Shown here piece after piece: positions 17,805-27,229 of a DNA stretch of 51,501 nt. Both the position numbers and the translations under genes were made by a program. Position 1 is the first letter of the stretch, and the number at the start of each line of letters is the position of its first letter. The notes below the pieces were generated by a model, which saw only the letters and a list, made by a program, of their open reading frames with translations, was not told where the DNA came from and made no database searches. This DNA is from a virus. Taxonomy: Duplodnaviria > Caudoviricetes. The stretch is taken from the IMG/VR virus record IMGVR_UViG_3300037501_000139, positions 1 through 51,501 of that record. One strand, written 5' to 3'.

Positions 17805-18344
17805 ATGACTCAGCCTACACAAACGTTAAACCAGTTCGGACAGAAGCCCCTCAAGGGAACAGTCGCGGCCATACCTACGCCGACCACGTTGTCGGTGCAG
17901 GTGTCCCCGAGTTCCTCGGAGACGATTTACGCCGGTGACATGGTCAGGTTGGTCGGGGGAACGTCGCCGACGATACTCGTTGACCTGTGCACCGTCGTGA
18001 GCGATCAGATGATCGGGTTCGTTATCCGTAACCCGAAGAAAGCGAGCTACGTCGCAGGCGACGCACTCGAGATCGCGATGGAGAACAGCGTTATTCTGCT
18101 CGAGGCATACGGCACCATCAACCGCGGCAACAAGGTTGAGTGGTATCCGACGGGCAAGCAGGTTAAGCAGAACGCCGGTGTTAATTCGGCCGTGGGTACG
18201 GCTCTGGACGTCGCAGCGGCTACGGGTGATCTCATCCGGGTCCTGCTGGCGACAACCGATGCGTACAGCTCAAGCTCATCCAGCTGCTCATCGAGTTCAT
18301 CCAGCTGCAGGTCGAGTTCTTCATCCAGCAGCGCAGGAGCGTAA
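17805..18344 (+). CDS. Capsid decoration/cement protein with a C-terminal poly-Ser tail
   Basis: Synteny between scaffold and major capsid; ends SSSSSSCSSSSSSCRSSSSSSSAGA. Confidence 0.7.
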   Translation: MTQPTQTLNQFGQKPLKGTVAAIPTPTTLSVQVSPSSSETIYAGDMVRLVGGTSPTILVDLCTVVSDQMIGFVIRNPKKASYVAGDALEIAMENSVILLEAYGTINRGNKVEWYPTGKQVKQNAGVNSAVGTALDVAAATGDLIRVLLATTDAYSSSSSSCSSSSSSCRSSSSSSSAGA

Positions 18345-18380
18345 CACAGGAGTAACAGCGTAAACATAAGCGGGGCGCGC

Positions 18381-19454
18381 ATGCTTAAATCACGCGTATT
18401 CAAAAAGGAGACTCTTACCATGGAGACAGTTCAGGAGTTCTTGAAGACAAGGTTCAACAGCCGCAGCCTGCGCGGGCAGACGATGATGAACGCGACGGGC
18501 GATATCGATACCTCGAGTCTGGGATACCAGATCGCGCTCGATACGCTCACGTTCATCAAGAAGCAGATCACCGAGCAGAAGTTCTATCAGGTGGCTCCGG
18601 CGGATTACGTTCCCATTTCGGTCGGGGACGGAGCGTTCAGTCAGAATATCCTCACGAATACGACGATCAACGCGTCTGCTGACTTCGAAGAGGGCATCAT
18701 CAATCAGGGTTCGGCAAACGACAGGCTCGCGACGGCGGACGTCGGGGTGTCGTCAAAGACCATGAAGGTTGCCAATTGGGCCAAGGCGATCGGGTATTCG
18801 ATCTTCGAGATCGAGCAGGCGCTGCAGGCGAACAATTGGGACATCATCGAGTCTAAGCACCGCGCGCGCAAGCAGAATTGGGATCTCGGGATCCAGAAGA
18901 TGGCGTTTCTGGGTTCGATAGGGAATCCCACGGCGTTCCCGGGGCTGCTGACGCAGTCGATCGTGAATTCCGACACCACGACCCTCACCGGCCAGATCAG
19001 CGCATTGAGCGCTGCGGACTTCGCGACATTCATCGCGACGATTCTCGCGGCGTATCAATCGAACTGTGCGTATACAGCGTTTCCGACGCACTTCGTCATC
19101 GCGCAGGATGACTACGTCGCGCTCGCGACACCGGTGTCATCTACGTATCCGGTGGTCACGAAGATGACCTACCTCAAGGATGCGTTCGAGAAGATCGTCC
19201 CGGGCGGCGTCAAGATTCTGCCGTCTGCGTACGCGATCGGCTCATCCGCGGTGGGCAGCACCATCGGTCATCATCGGTATGCGATGTACCGATACGATGC
19301 CGAGAGCATCCGGATGGACATCCCGGTGGACTATACCGTGACCCAGCCGAATACGCTCAACAACTTCCAGTTCCAAGATGCTGCATACGGGCAGTTCACG
19401 GGAGTTGGCGTGTATCGCGCGCTCGAGTTGTTGTATTTCGATCTCGCATCTTAA
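18381..19454 (+). CDS. Major capsid protein (DUF2184-like, HK97 fold)
   Basis: IGYSIFEIEQA, IQKMAFLG..PGLL, GQFTGVGVYR; size and synteny; exact start uncertain. Confidence 0.85.
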   Translation: MLKSRVFKKETLTMETVQEFLKTRFNSRSLRGQTMMNATGDIDTSSLGYQIALDTLTFIKKQITEQKFYQVAPADYVPISVGDGAFSQNILTNTTINASADFEEGIINQGSANDRLATADVGVSSKTMKVANWAKAIGYSIFEIEQALQANNWDIIESKHRARKQNWDLGIQKMAFLGSIGNPTAFPGLLTQSIVNSDTTTLTGQISALSAADFATFIATILAAYQSNCAYTAFPTHFVIAQDDYVALATPVSSTYPVVTKMTYLKDAFEKIVPGGVKILPSAYAIGSSAVGSTIGHHRYAMYRYDAESIRMDIPVDYTVTQPNTLNNFQFQDAAYGQFTGVGVYRALELLYFDLAS

Positions 19455-19467
19455 CGAGACCCTTATC

Positions 19468-19497
19468 CGCGGGGCCGGGTAGAGTCCCGGTCCCGCG
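19468..19497 (+). promoter_or_regulatory. GC-rich hairpin after the major capsid gene (mRNA-stabilising or terminator-like, no U tract)
   Basis: 12-bp stem CGCGGGGCCGGG/CCCGGTCCCGCG with a 6-nt loop. Confidence 0.5.
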
Positions 19498-19521
19498 AGG
19501 TGAGGAGAGGGAGAGAGCCAG

Positions 19522-19677
19522 TTGAAGGTATACATTAATGGGAAGGATGGAGAGCCGAGAAGGCTTGTTGAAGTCGAGCTGGTAAAAGAGAACCAGTCAA
19601 CCATTTTCGTAAGATTACCGGATGGCAATGTTATCTCTCGGAAAAAGAAGAGAGACTTGCCCGAGGAGAAAGGTTAA
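19522..19677 (+). CDS. 51-aa hypothetical protein (TTG start, not in the ORF track)
   Basis: MKVYINGKDGEPRRLVEVELVKENQSTIFVRLPDGNVISRKKKRDLPEEKG; purine-rich SD region. Confidence 0.55.
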   Translation: MKVYINGKDGEPRRLVEVELVKENQSTIFVRLPDGNVISRKKKRDLPEEKG

Positions 19678-19678
19678 G

Positions 19679-19879
19679 ATGGAGATATACAACAAAGGCA
19701 GCCGCGATATCATCATCGCGCGCAAGGATGTCATTTCGGGGATCCCGGAGACGATGGACAAAGAGCGCGCGCATATCACGCCGGACATGGTGTGTGAGGT
19801 GAGCGACGCGACAGGAGAGGATTTAATCCGTCGGTATCCGAAGGAGATATTCCGGTGGGGGAAACAACCGGCCGCATAA
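19679..19879 (+). CDS. Hypothetical head-region protein
   Basis: MEIYNKGS start; synteny. Confidence 0.55.
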   Translation: MEIYNKGSRDIIIARKDVISGIPETMDKERAHITPDMVCEVSDATGEDLIRRYPKEIFRWGKQPAA

Positions 19880-19892
19880 CGAGGTATGAGAG

Positions 19893-20345
19893 ATGTCTTG
19901 GAGTTTACCGACAGTGTCGGATTTCAAGGCATACTTCGCCCGGGACTTCAATTTTGCGACGGTTCAAAATGAGCCCCTGAACGACGAGTATGTCCTCGAT
20001 TCCGATATAACGAAAGCCATCACAGAGGCATCCATCAATTTCAATTCGGAGTTGTATGGAGAGGATGCCCTTGTGACAGCGGTGTTCATGTACTTGGTCG
20101 CGTTTCATCTGGTTGTCAATATCCAGAACTCGGCCAAGGGTATTGCTTCGCAGTCGAAGTTCCCTATCAGCGCCTCGTCAGTCGGAGGCGTATCAGTCAA
20201 TTTCCAGATCCCTACAAGATTTACGGACGACGCGTATATATGCCAGTTCACACAGAACGGGTACGGGATGAAGTACCTCTCGTTGGCTCTGCCGTATCTG
20301 GTGGGTAACGTTACGCTCATCGAGGGGACAACGACATGGCAATGA
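19893..20345 (+). CDS. Head-tail adaptor (DUF4054-like)
   Basis: FKAYFARDF, YLVAFHL, SASSVGGVSV, FTQNGYGMKY. Confidence 0.8.
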   Translation: MSWSLPTVSDFKAYFARDFNFATVQNEPLNDEYVLDSDITKAITEASINFNSELYGEDALVTAVFMYLVAFHLVVNIQNSAKGIASQSKFPISASSVGGVSVNFQIPTRFTDDAYICQFTQNGYGMKYLSLALPYLVGNVTLIEGTTTWQ

Positions 20346-20884
20346 AGATTACCCGCATCCCGGGCGGGGTTATAAAGATGGATCTCGAGAAACTGACTAT
20401 GATCGAGAGAGCGTTGAAGAGTAACTTCATCACCGAGGTTGGTGTGTTGGGGAATAAGACTAGCCGTTCGACTGCGGGTGCGGTGATGAAGGCTGGTGGG
20501 CACAAAAAAACGAAGCAGCCGGCTGATATGACGAACGCGGAGATCGGGCTGGTGCATGAGAAAGGATCGTTGTCGCGCAACATTCCGCGCAGATCGTTTC
20601 TGCTCATGCCGCTGATACAAAAGGGCCCGGCGCTTATGCGCGTGCGGCATACGTTGTGGAACAAGTTCCTCGCGGGTGATCAGTCGAAGGGCAGCTTGCG
20701 CGCGGCGTATCGCGACCTCGGTATATTCGCGGAGAACATTGTGCAGAAAGCCTTTGCATCGGGTGGGTTCGGGAAATGGCCGAAGCTCGCGCCGCAGACA
20801 ATACGGCGCAAGAAGTCGTCAGGGATATTGATTGACACGGCGCAGTTGCGCAGGTCGATAGATTCTCGGGTGGTTGAGAGATGA
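20336..20884 (+). CDS. Neck / virion morphogenesis protein
   Basis: AEIGLVHEKG, IPRRSFL, LAPQTIRRK...LIDTAQLRRSI. Confidence 0.8.
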   Translation: MAMKITRIPGGVIKMDLEKLTMIERALKSNFITEVGVLGNKTSRSTAGAVMKAGGHKKTKQPADMTNAEIGLVHEKGSLSRNIPRRSFLLMPLIQKGPALMRVRHTLWNKFLAGDQSKGSLRAAYRDLGIFAENIVQKAFASGGFGKWPKLAPQTIRRKKSSGILIDTAQLRRSIDSRVVER

Positions 20885-21291
20885 TGCCGGATAAGCCAAA
20901 GATTTCAAGCGCAAAGGATCGCAAGATGAGTATGGTCCCTACAGGATTGCCGGACGTATCAGGGGCAGTACAGTCGTTCTTGCAGCCAGCGGTTATCGGA
21001 GTCGTTACCAAGAAGCAGGTGTCAGGGTACACGCAGGAGGATGTTGAGTGGATATACACTCAGGCGGTCAGACAGGCGTTTACGGCGCAGCAGCTGCTCA
21101 TCCGGCCGGAAGGCGAGCGCTCGTGGAAGTGGTTCACGCTGCACACGCTGCCGGAGGTATGTCTGCACACGGATGACCTCATTATCATCCATAACGTCCG
21201 GATGCGGATCATGGAGGTGCTCGGGTATGGCGAGTACGGGTTTAACGAGTACCATGCGATAGAAGATTACGTCACGAGGGTTGAGGAATGA
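20881..21291 (+). CDS. Putative head-closure protein
   Basis: QLLIRPEGERSW motif; synteny. Confidence 0.6.
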   Translation: MMPDKPKISSAKDRKMSMVPTGLPDVSGAVQSFLQPAVIGVVTKKQVSGYTQEDVEWIYTQAVRQAFTAQQLLIRPEGERSWKWFTLHTLPEVCLHTDDLIIIHNVRMRIMEVLGYGEYGFNEYHAIEDYVTRVEE

Positions 21292-21872
21292 GCATTGCAG
21301 TTGATCATCATGCGGGTACGATATTCGAGGTCATTCGACAGATACTCATACATGCAATGGATCTCGATGAAGAGCGCGTCAACATCGCGAGGCAGAAATT
21401 CAAGATTCCGCCGGATGAACATTTGTTCATTGTCATAGATTGTTTACCTGCGCGCACCATTAGCAGCCGCGCGCGGTATGAGATAAACCCGGCGAGTGGG
21501 GATTATGAGGAGATTCAGGATTTGAACCAGTACGACCCGATAACGATCGGCGTGTTCTCACAGAACCTCGAGGCGCTGCAACGTAAGGAAGAAGTCGTGA
21601 TGGCATTGTCGTCACACTACGCGCAGCAGATGCAGGAGAAGCACAGCTTTAAAATATTCCGTAATGCGCCGGTTGAAGACATGACAGCGCTCGAGGGTGC
21701 GGCGATGTTGTATCGATACGACATTCCGGTGGTGTTGCACACGTGGATTCATAAAGTTACGAAGGTAGATTTCTTTGATGCATTTTCAACGAAGGTCAGT
21801 GTTAATGATGGGCTGCCGTTAATGACAGAGGAATTCGATCAGCCGTTATCAAGCAGTTCGAGTGCAGCATAA
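21288..21872 (+). CDS. Putative tail terminator / neck protein, ending SSSSSAA
   Basis: Position directly before the sheath gene. Confidence 0.6.
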   Translation: MSIAVDHHAGTIFEVIRQILIHAMDLDEERVNIARQKFKIPPDEHLFIVIDCLPARTISSRARYEINPASGDYEEIQDLNQYDPITIGVFSQNLEALQRKEEVVMALSSHYAQQMQEKHSFKIFRNAPVEDMTALEGAAMLYRYDIPVVLHTWIHKVTKVDFFDAFSTKVSVNDGLPLMTEEFDQPLSSSSSAA

Positions 21873-21884
21873 AAGGAGGAACGC

Positions 21885-23003
21885 ATGTTAGAGCTTACGA
21901 ACGTAATTAATATCTCGGTGACCGAGTCCCCGATCGGGTTAGGGGAGTATAACGTCAACAACGTTGCGTTGTTCACGTCAGATGCGTTTTTGTCGAATCC
22001 CGACGGTGATGATTATCGTGTTTACGTTTCTGCTGCGGCCGTGGGTGACGATTTCGGAACGGGGACGGAGACGTATGATCAGGCGGTGGCGTTGTTCAGC
22101 CAGAACCCGAATATCCTCGCAGGCGGAGGAAATCTGATCATTTTTCCGTTCTCGGGAGGAGAGACTCTCGAGGAAGCGATCGCGCGGACGAAAGACATGA
22201 TCTTCTACTGCGGCATCATTTCGACGTCTTACGGGTCGAATGCAACGTGGGAAGATCTCGCAGACGCCGTGCAGGCGTATGGGAACAAGATCCTGTTCCT
22301 TCCGTCAAATACCGCCGGGGATATCGCGGGGGTATTCACAAATATCAAAGACGCGATCTGCTCACGCACCCGGTGTCTGTATTATTCCACGAGCGCGCTC
22401 GATGCCCGGCTCTTCGCTGCGGCGTATGCGGGGAGAAGCATGTCGGTCAATTTCGATGGGTCGAATACCTGCATTACCATGAACCTCAAACAGTTGGCCA
22501 CGATCACGCCGGACGACGGCGTTTCGCAGAACGTATGGGCGGCCATGGAGGAAGCAGGCGTCGACGGGTACGTCAGCTACGCTGGCGTTCCGGCGGTCGT
22601 GTCGAACGGGGCGAACAGGTATTTCGATGAGGTGTTCAATCTTGTCTGGTTCGTCAGCGACTTGAAGGTCGCGGGGTTCAACGCTCTGGCGCGGGTATCG
22701 AACAAGATTCCGCAGACCGAGCCGGGCATGAGCCTGCTCAAGAACGCGTACCGGCAGGTGTGCGAGGCCGCGGTCAATAACGCTTATGTAGCGCCGGGAC
22801 AGTGGACGTCGCCGGAGTGGTTCGGGAAACAGGACGAGATGAACAACAACATCCTCGAGAGGGGATATTATATCTACAGCCAGCCGGTCAACTTGCAGTC
22901 AGCGGCTGACCGAGCGGATCGTAAGGCGCCCCTCATCCAGATAGCCGTAAAAGAGGCAGGGGCTATCCATTCGAGCAACGTGCTCGTGAATATCAACCAA
23001 TAA
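21885..23003 (+). CDS. Tail sheath protein (DUF3383-like, compact)
   Basis: NVINISV, LFSQNP, ITMNLKQL, KIPQTEPG, QSAADRADRKAP, GAIHS. Confidence 0.88.
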   Translation: MLELTNVINISVTESPIGLGEYNVNNVALFTSDAFLSNPDGDDYRVYVSAAAVGDDFGTGTETYDQAVALFSQNPNILAGGGNLIIFPFSGGETLEEAIARTKDMIFYCGIISTSYGSNATWEDLADAVQAYGNKILFLPSNTAGDIAGVFTNIKDAICSRTRCLYYSTSALDARLFAAAYAGRSMSVNFDGSNTCITMNLKQLATITPDDGVSQNVWAAMEEAGVDGYVSYAGVPAVVSNGANRYFDEVFNLVWFVSDLKVAGFNALARVSNKIPQTEPGMSLLKNAYRQVCEAAVNNAYVAPGQWTSPEWFGKQDEMNNNILERGYYIYSQPVNLQSAADRADRKAPLIQIAVKEAGAIHSSNVLVNINQ

Positions 23004-23013
23004 GGGAGGGGAC

Positions 23014-23469
23014 ATGACTACCAGTTTAACGGGGAAAGATACCATCAAGATAAACGGCAGGATCCTCAACGATTTCGCGGATGGGGATTGTGCGGTCCTG
23101 ACTTTCCCGAACGACATATCTGTTGTCAAGACGGGGAAGGGTGGAAATTCGATATACGCGTTCAAGTATGACGGGAACGTGTGTGAAGTCGCATTGCGCA
23201 TCTTGCGCGGCAGCGCTGACGACAAGTTCCTGAACAATCTGCTCGCGCTGCTCAAGAATGATCCGGCAGCGTTCACGCTGATGCAAGGCGAATTCACAAA
23301 GAATATCGGAGACGGAGCAGGTGGGATTACCACGGACACGTATATCATGTCCGGTGGGACATTCAAGAAACAGACCGAGGTGAAAGAGAACGCCGAAGGC
23401 GATGTCGAGCAGGCAGTGGCGATTTATTCGCTTATATTCTCTAACGCGCCGCGGGCCATAGGAGGATAG
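23014..23469 (+). CDS. Tail tube protein
   Basis: Follows the sheath; DFADGD, LRGSADDKFL. Confidence 0.75.
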   Translation: MTTSLTGKDTIKINGRILNDFADGDCAVLTFPNDISVVKTGKGGNSIYAFKYDGNVCEVALRILRGSADDKFLNNLLALLKNDPAAFTLMQGEFTKNIGDGAGGITTDTYIMSGGTFKKQTEVKENAEGDVEQAVAIYSLIFSNAPRAIGG

Positions 23470-23470
23470 G

Positions 23471-23902
23471 ATGAAGAAGACCCTTGATAGCGGGGCGACG
23501 CTGGAGGTTACTTTATCGCCGTTTGAGGTGGGACACCGGTTGTTGAAGGCCGTCGTGCGCGAGATTGAGATGGTCAACGTGGAGTTCGGTGTCCGGGGAA
23601 AGAGCTTCAAAGATATATTCGAGGATATCGGCGACGAGGCCGTAAACACGATCAAGAACATGGCCGCGCGGCTGGTATCCTCGGATGCCGTTGAGGAGAT
23701 ATTGTGGCTGTGTATGGAGCGCGCGACGTATAACGGTATCAAGATCAATCGCGATACGTTCGAAGACGAGCGGGCGAGGGGAGATTACCTGATAGTAGCC
23801 AAGGAGGTGCTATGGTTTAACCTCGCCCCTTTTTTGAAAAATCTCGCTTCTATGTTTCCGGCGTTGGTGGGAAAGACTACAACGAGCCAAAAGTCAAAAT
23901 AG
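23471..23902 (+). CDS. Tail assembly chaperone
   Basis: Between tube and tape measure; slippery heptamers near the 3' end. Confidence 0.75.
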   Translation: MKKTLDSGATLEVTLSPFEVGHRLLKAVVREIEMVNVEFGVRGKSFKDIFEDIGDEAVNTIKNMAARLVSSDAVEEILWLCMERATYNGIKINRDTFEDERARGDYLIVAKEVLWFNLAPFLKNLASMFPALVGKTTTSQKSK

Positions 23903-24066
23903 AAGAGGATGAAGCGATCATGGTTGCGTTGAGGTTATCGAAGGCAGGATATGGGAGACCGGATGAGGTTCTCAAGATGCGGACGGACTTGGTGATGGCG
24001 GCGGTGCATTATGAGATATTCCTAAAAGAGTACGAGCGCGCGTTCTGGGAGATGAATAAGAAATGA
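23826..24066 (+). CDS. -1 frameshift extension of the tail assembly chaperone (G-T type)
   Basis: In-phase C CCT TTT (23827), T TTT TTG (23830) and G GGA AAG (23869); -1 frame open to TGA 24064-24066, overlapping the tape measure ATG. Confidence 0.7.
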
Positions 24067-25166
24067 AAATCGGAGAGATGTTCGTACAACTTGGGTTCAG
24101 GGCGGATCAGACAAAGCTCAAGGATTTCATATCGGCCGTTGGAGAGCTCAACATGCAGTCCGTGATGTCGACGCTCGGGATCAAGGGCATGTACGACACT
24201 ATCTGGCGCATCATGGACGTGGCACATGAGACGGCCCTCGGCGTACACGCGTTCGGAGCAGAGACGGGGTTGTCAACGAAGAAGATGCAGCAGTGGTCGT
24301 ATTTTGCCGAGGAGATGGGCGTCAAGAGTGGAGAGGTTGAACAGTCACTGCGCACGCTGCAGAGCCATCTGGCAGGACTCAAGATGGGGACGGACACTTC
24401 CCTATTGGCTCCGTTTGCGATACTCAATCAGATTGGCGCGGGGATAACGGGAGAAGAGGATCCGTTTGAGCTGCTCGAGAAAACCGGCCGCGCGCTCAAA
24501 AACCTCGCGCCGGAATACCGGAGGATGGTTGTCGAGCAGATGGGATTGAGCAGCTCGATGCTCATGGTGTTGGATAAGCTCGACAGCGAGGAGTGGAAAA
24601 ATCAAGTTTACGTTACGCGCGAGCAGACCGAAGCGCTCATGCAGTATCACAAGATAATGACGCGGCTCGGTGTTACGTTCAAGATGTTGATGGTGGATAT
24701 CAGTCGGTTCCTGATACCGATAGTCAGTGGATGGATGAAGATCGGGCAGGCGGTGACGGAGGCAATACGCGCGCATCAGATTTTGCTGCCGATTATTATC
24801 GCAGTGGCAACGTGGATACTCATGGCAACGGGAGCATTGGCGCCGTGGGCCGTGATGTTGAGCGCGATTGTACTCGCGGTTGGATTGATCGCTGATAACT
24901 GGGAGCGTGTTGCCGATGCTATCAAAAAAGCAGGCGACGCTATAAATCCGCTCAAGCCAATGAGCCCGGGTGGAATGTTCAATCCTCTCGGCGGGCTTGG
25001 GATACCGGCGCTTGGGTTGTTGGGTGGCGGAAACAAGAATACGACGAACACATTCAATTTCAAGATTTTCTCTAACGATCCAGAAGAGGCCGCACGCAAG
25101 ACGAAGGAAACATTGCGGCAGGCGGTAGGCGATGCTGATTCACAATCACCTCTTGGGGATAATTAA
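24063..25166 (+). CDS. Tape measure protein (short, 367 aa)
   Basis: MKIGEMFVQLGF start, ETGLSTKKMQQW, hydrophobic C-terminal helices; synteny. Confidence 0.8.
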   Translation: MKIGEMFVQLGFRADQTKLKDFISAVGELNMQSVMSTLGIKGMYDTIWRIMDVAHETALGVHAFGAETGLSTKKMQQWSYFAEEMGVKSGEVEQSLRTLQSHLAGLKMGTDTSLLAPFAILNQIGAGITGEEDPFELLEKTGRALKNLAPEYRRMVVEQMGLSSSMLMVLDKLDSEEWKNQVYVTREQTEALMQYHKIMTRLGVTFKMLMVDISRFLIPIVSGWMKIGQAVTEAIRAHQILLPIIIAVATWILMATGALAPWAVMLSAIVLAVGLIADNWERVADAIKKAGDAINPLKPMSPGGMFNPLGGLGIPALGLLGGGNKNTTNTFNFKIFSNDPEEAARKTKETLRQAVGDADSQSPLGDN

Positions 25167-26005
25167 TGGATACCATAAATAAGAGCGGAAGCCGGAATCC
25201 GATAACGAACGCAGTCAACCTTGTCAAGACTACGGTCGACAAGTATATCGTCAGGCCCATGGGTGGGCGCGGATCTACGGGTATCAACGGGTTCGTGTTT
25301 GATATAGTCGATGAAGAGTCGATGTATCTGGATTCCGAGATTACTGACCATTACGTCGAGAACAATTATGCTATTCAGGATCACATAGCTCGGCGGCCGG
25401 AGAGGTTCGTATTGCGCGGGTTCGTGGGAGAGTTGACGGATATATTCCCGAATACGTTTTTGGGTGTGTTGACGGGGATACAGAGCCTCGCGTCGATAGG
25501 GGGGTTCCTGCCGGAGTTCTCGGCACAGGCGACACAGGAGTATGCGAAGATTGCGGCGAAGGCGGCGAAGGTTGGGCAGGTAGTTAACCAAGCGCGCAAC
25601 ATTTACGACATGTTCTTCTCGAAGAGCACGACCGCAACGAAACAGCAGAACGCGTATAAATACTTTTATGACATGTGGCAGGCGCGGACGTTATGCAGCG
25701 TTGAAACTCCGTTCGGATTGATGGAGAACATGGCGATTGAGAGCTTACGGGCGATTCAGCACGGAGACACGAGATTCGTCAGCGACTTCTCGGTTACCTT
25801 CAAAATGATCAGAACAACGAATACTGTAACGGCGCAAAAGGTTTCCCTTGGCCGCGCAGCGGATATGGTATCAAAAGCGCAGAATAATGGAGTTGCTGCT
25901 GGACGCGATATTGGTGAGGCGATTGCCGGTGGGTTTAATGCAGACACGTTCAAGTTCGGTGGCGGGGCGCGCAACCCGAATGGCGGGGCGGGGGGGACAT
26001 TCTGA
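25166..26005 (+). CDS. Baseplate / tube-initiator protein
   Basis: SEITDHYVE..IQDHI..P motif; synteny. Confidence 0.7.
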   Translation: MDTINKSGSRNPITNAVNLVKTTVDKYIVRPMGGRGSTGINGFVFDIVDEESMYLDSEITDHYVENNYAIQDHIARRPERFVLRGFVGELTDIFPNTFLGVLTGIQSLASIGGFLPEFSAQATQEYAKIAAKAAKVGQVVNQARNIYDMFFSKSTTATKQQNAYKYFYDMWQARTLCSVETPFGLMENMAIESLRAIQHGDTRFVSDFSVTFKMIRTTNTVTAQKVSLGRAADMVSKAQNNGVAAGRDIGEAIAGGFNADTFKFGGGARNPNGGAGGTF

Positions 26006-26358
26006 TGCGGCTCATTGAATCCATTACCGATCAGCCAAATCAGTCGTTGACTCTCATGCTCGAAGACGGCACGAAGATCGCGATGACGCTTGTGTATAAG
26101 GAAAATCAGGCCGGGTGGTTTTATTCATTGTCCGGCGGCGGATTGACGGTCTACAACAGGCGCATGGTAGCGAGTCCGAATTTGCTGCGCGCGTTTCGTG
26201 ATATCATTACGTGGGGGGTCGCGTGTACGACGTCAGATGGGTATGAGCCGGTATTCATCAACGATTTTTCGGAGGGTCGGGCGAAGTTCTTTTTATTAAA
26301 CGCAGAAGATGTTGCGTCAGTTGAGACGCAAATACTTCCGGGGTTCGATGAGCGATAA
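26005..26358 (+). CDS. Small baseplate protein
   Basis: Synteny; PNQSL...GWF pattern. Confidence 0.6.
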   Translation: MRLIESITDQPNQSLTLMLEDGTKIAMTLVYKENQAGWFYSLSGGGLTVYNRRMVASPNLLRAFRDIITWGVACTTSDGYEPVFINDFSEGRAKFFLLNAEDVASVETQILPGFDER

Positions 26359-27229
26359 GTGGATAAGAAAATACAGCCTCGAGATTGAAGGGGCAGACGG
26401 GTTGATACACATTATCAGCGACAACCCTTATTTGTTGACGCTCGAGTTCTCGATTACGCGCAATGACCTCACGTCGGCGAATGATGGGAAATTCCGCATA
26501 TACAACTTGAGCCAAGAGACGCGCGACGCGATATTCAAGGACTACATCAAACCGTCGGTTTTTCGGTCAATCGTGTTGCGCGCGGGGTACGCGACGGAGC
26601 CGGTGCTTCCGATCATATTCAACGGTAACCTCAAAAGTGTACAATCGTACAGAGAAGAGGGGTCTGTCAATTTCATCACGGAGATCGATGCGTTTGATTT
26701 CAGCCATGTGATGACGAATTGCTATTCGAATTTCAACACATCCGATCAGCCGAACTGTACACGTAAATATGTCATTGAGCGGTTGGCGAAGGACCTTAAA
26801 TATAACGGTACACAGCTCCCCGTAGGAGCAATAAGCGCATTCGAGGGGGAGCATCCTCGCGGGCGCGCGGTTATCGGGAACACATGGGAAGAGTTACGCA
26901 AGCAGACGGAGAGCCATTGCTTCATTGATAATGGGAGCCTGTTTTGCCTCGAGGATGGGGATTGTGTCGCGGGGGGGATTGAAGAGCTTACGTCGGACAT
27001 CATGCTCGGGACTCCGCGCAGGTATGAGACGCAGTTGAAAGCGGAGCTATTGTTCGAACCGAGATTGGGTGTTGGGCAAAAGGTGGTTATAAACAGCACA
27101 TCGCAGTCGCGGTTCAACGGGGAATACAAGGTCACGGGGATCGCGCATCAGGGAGTCATATCGGATGCGGTGTCGGGAAAGTGCCGGACAATCGTGAGCA
27201 TCCTCTTGGGGAGTTATCAGACCATATGA
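26348..27229 (+). CDS. Baseplate hub protein
   Basis: RIYNLSQETR, LRAGY, IFNG, GEYKVTGIAHQG. Confidence 0.75.
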   Translation: MSDKWIRKYSLEIEGADGLIHIISDNPYLLTLEFSITRNDLTSANDGKFRIYNLSQETRDAIFKDYIKPSVFRSIVLRAGYATEPVLPIIFNGNLKSVQSYREEGSVNFITEIDAFDFSHVMTNCYSNFNTSDQPNCTRKYVIERLAKDLKYNGTQLPVGAISAFEGEHPRGRAVIGNTWEELRKQTESHCFIDNGSLFCLEDGDCVAGGIEELTSDIMLGTPRRYETQLKAELLFEPRLGVGQKVVINSTSQSRFNGEYKVTGIAHQGVISDAVSGKCRTIVSILLGSYQTI

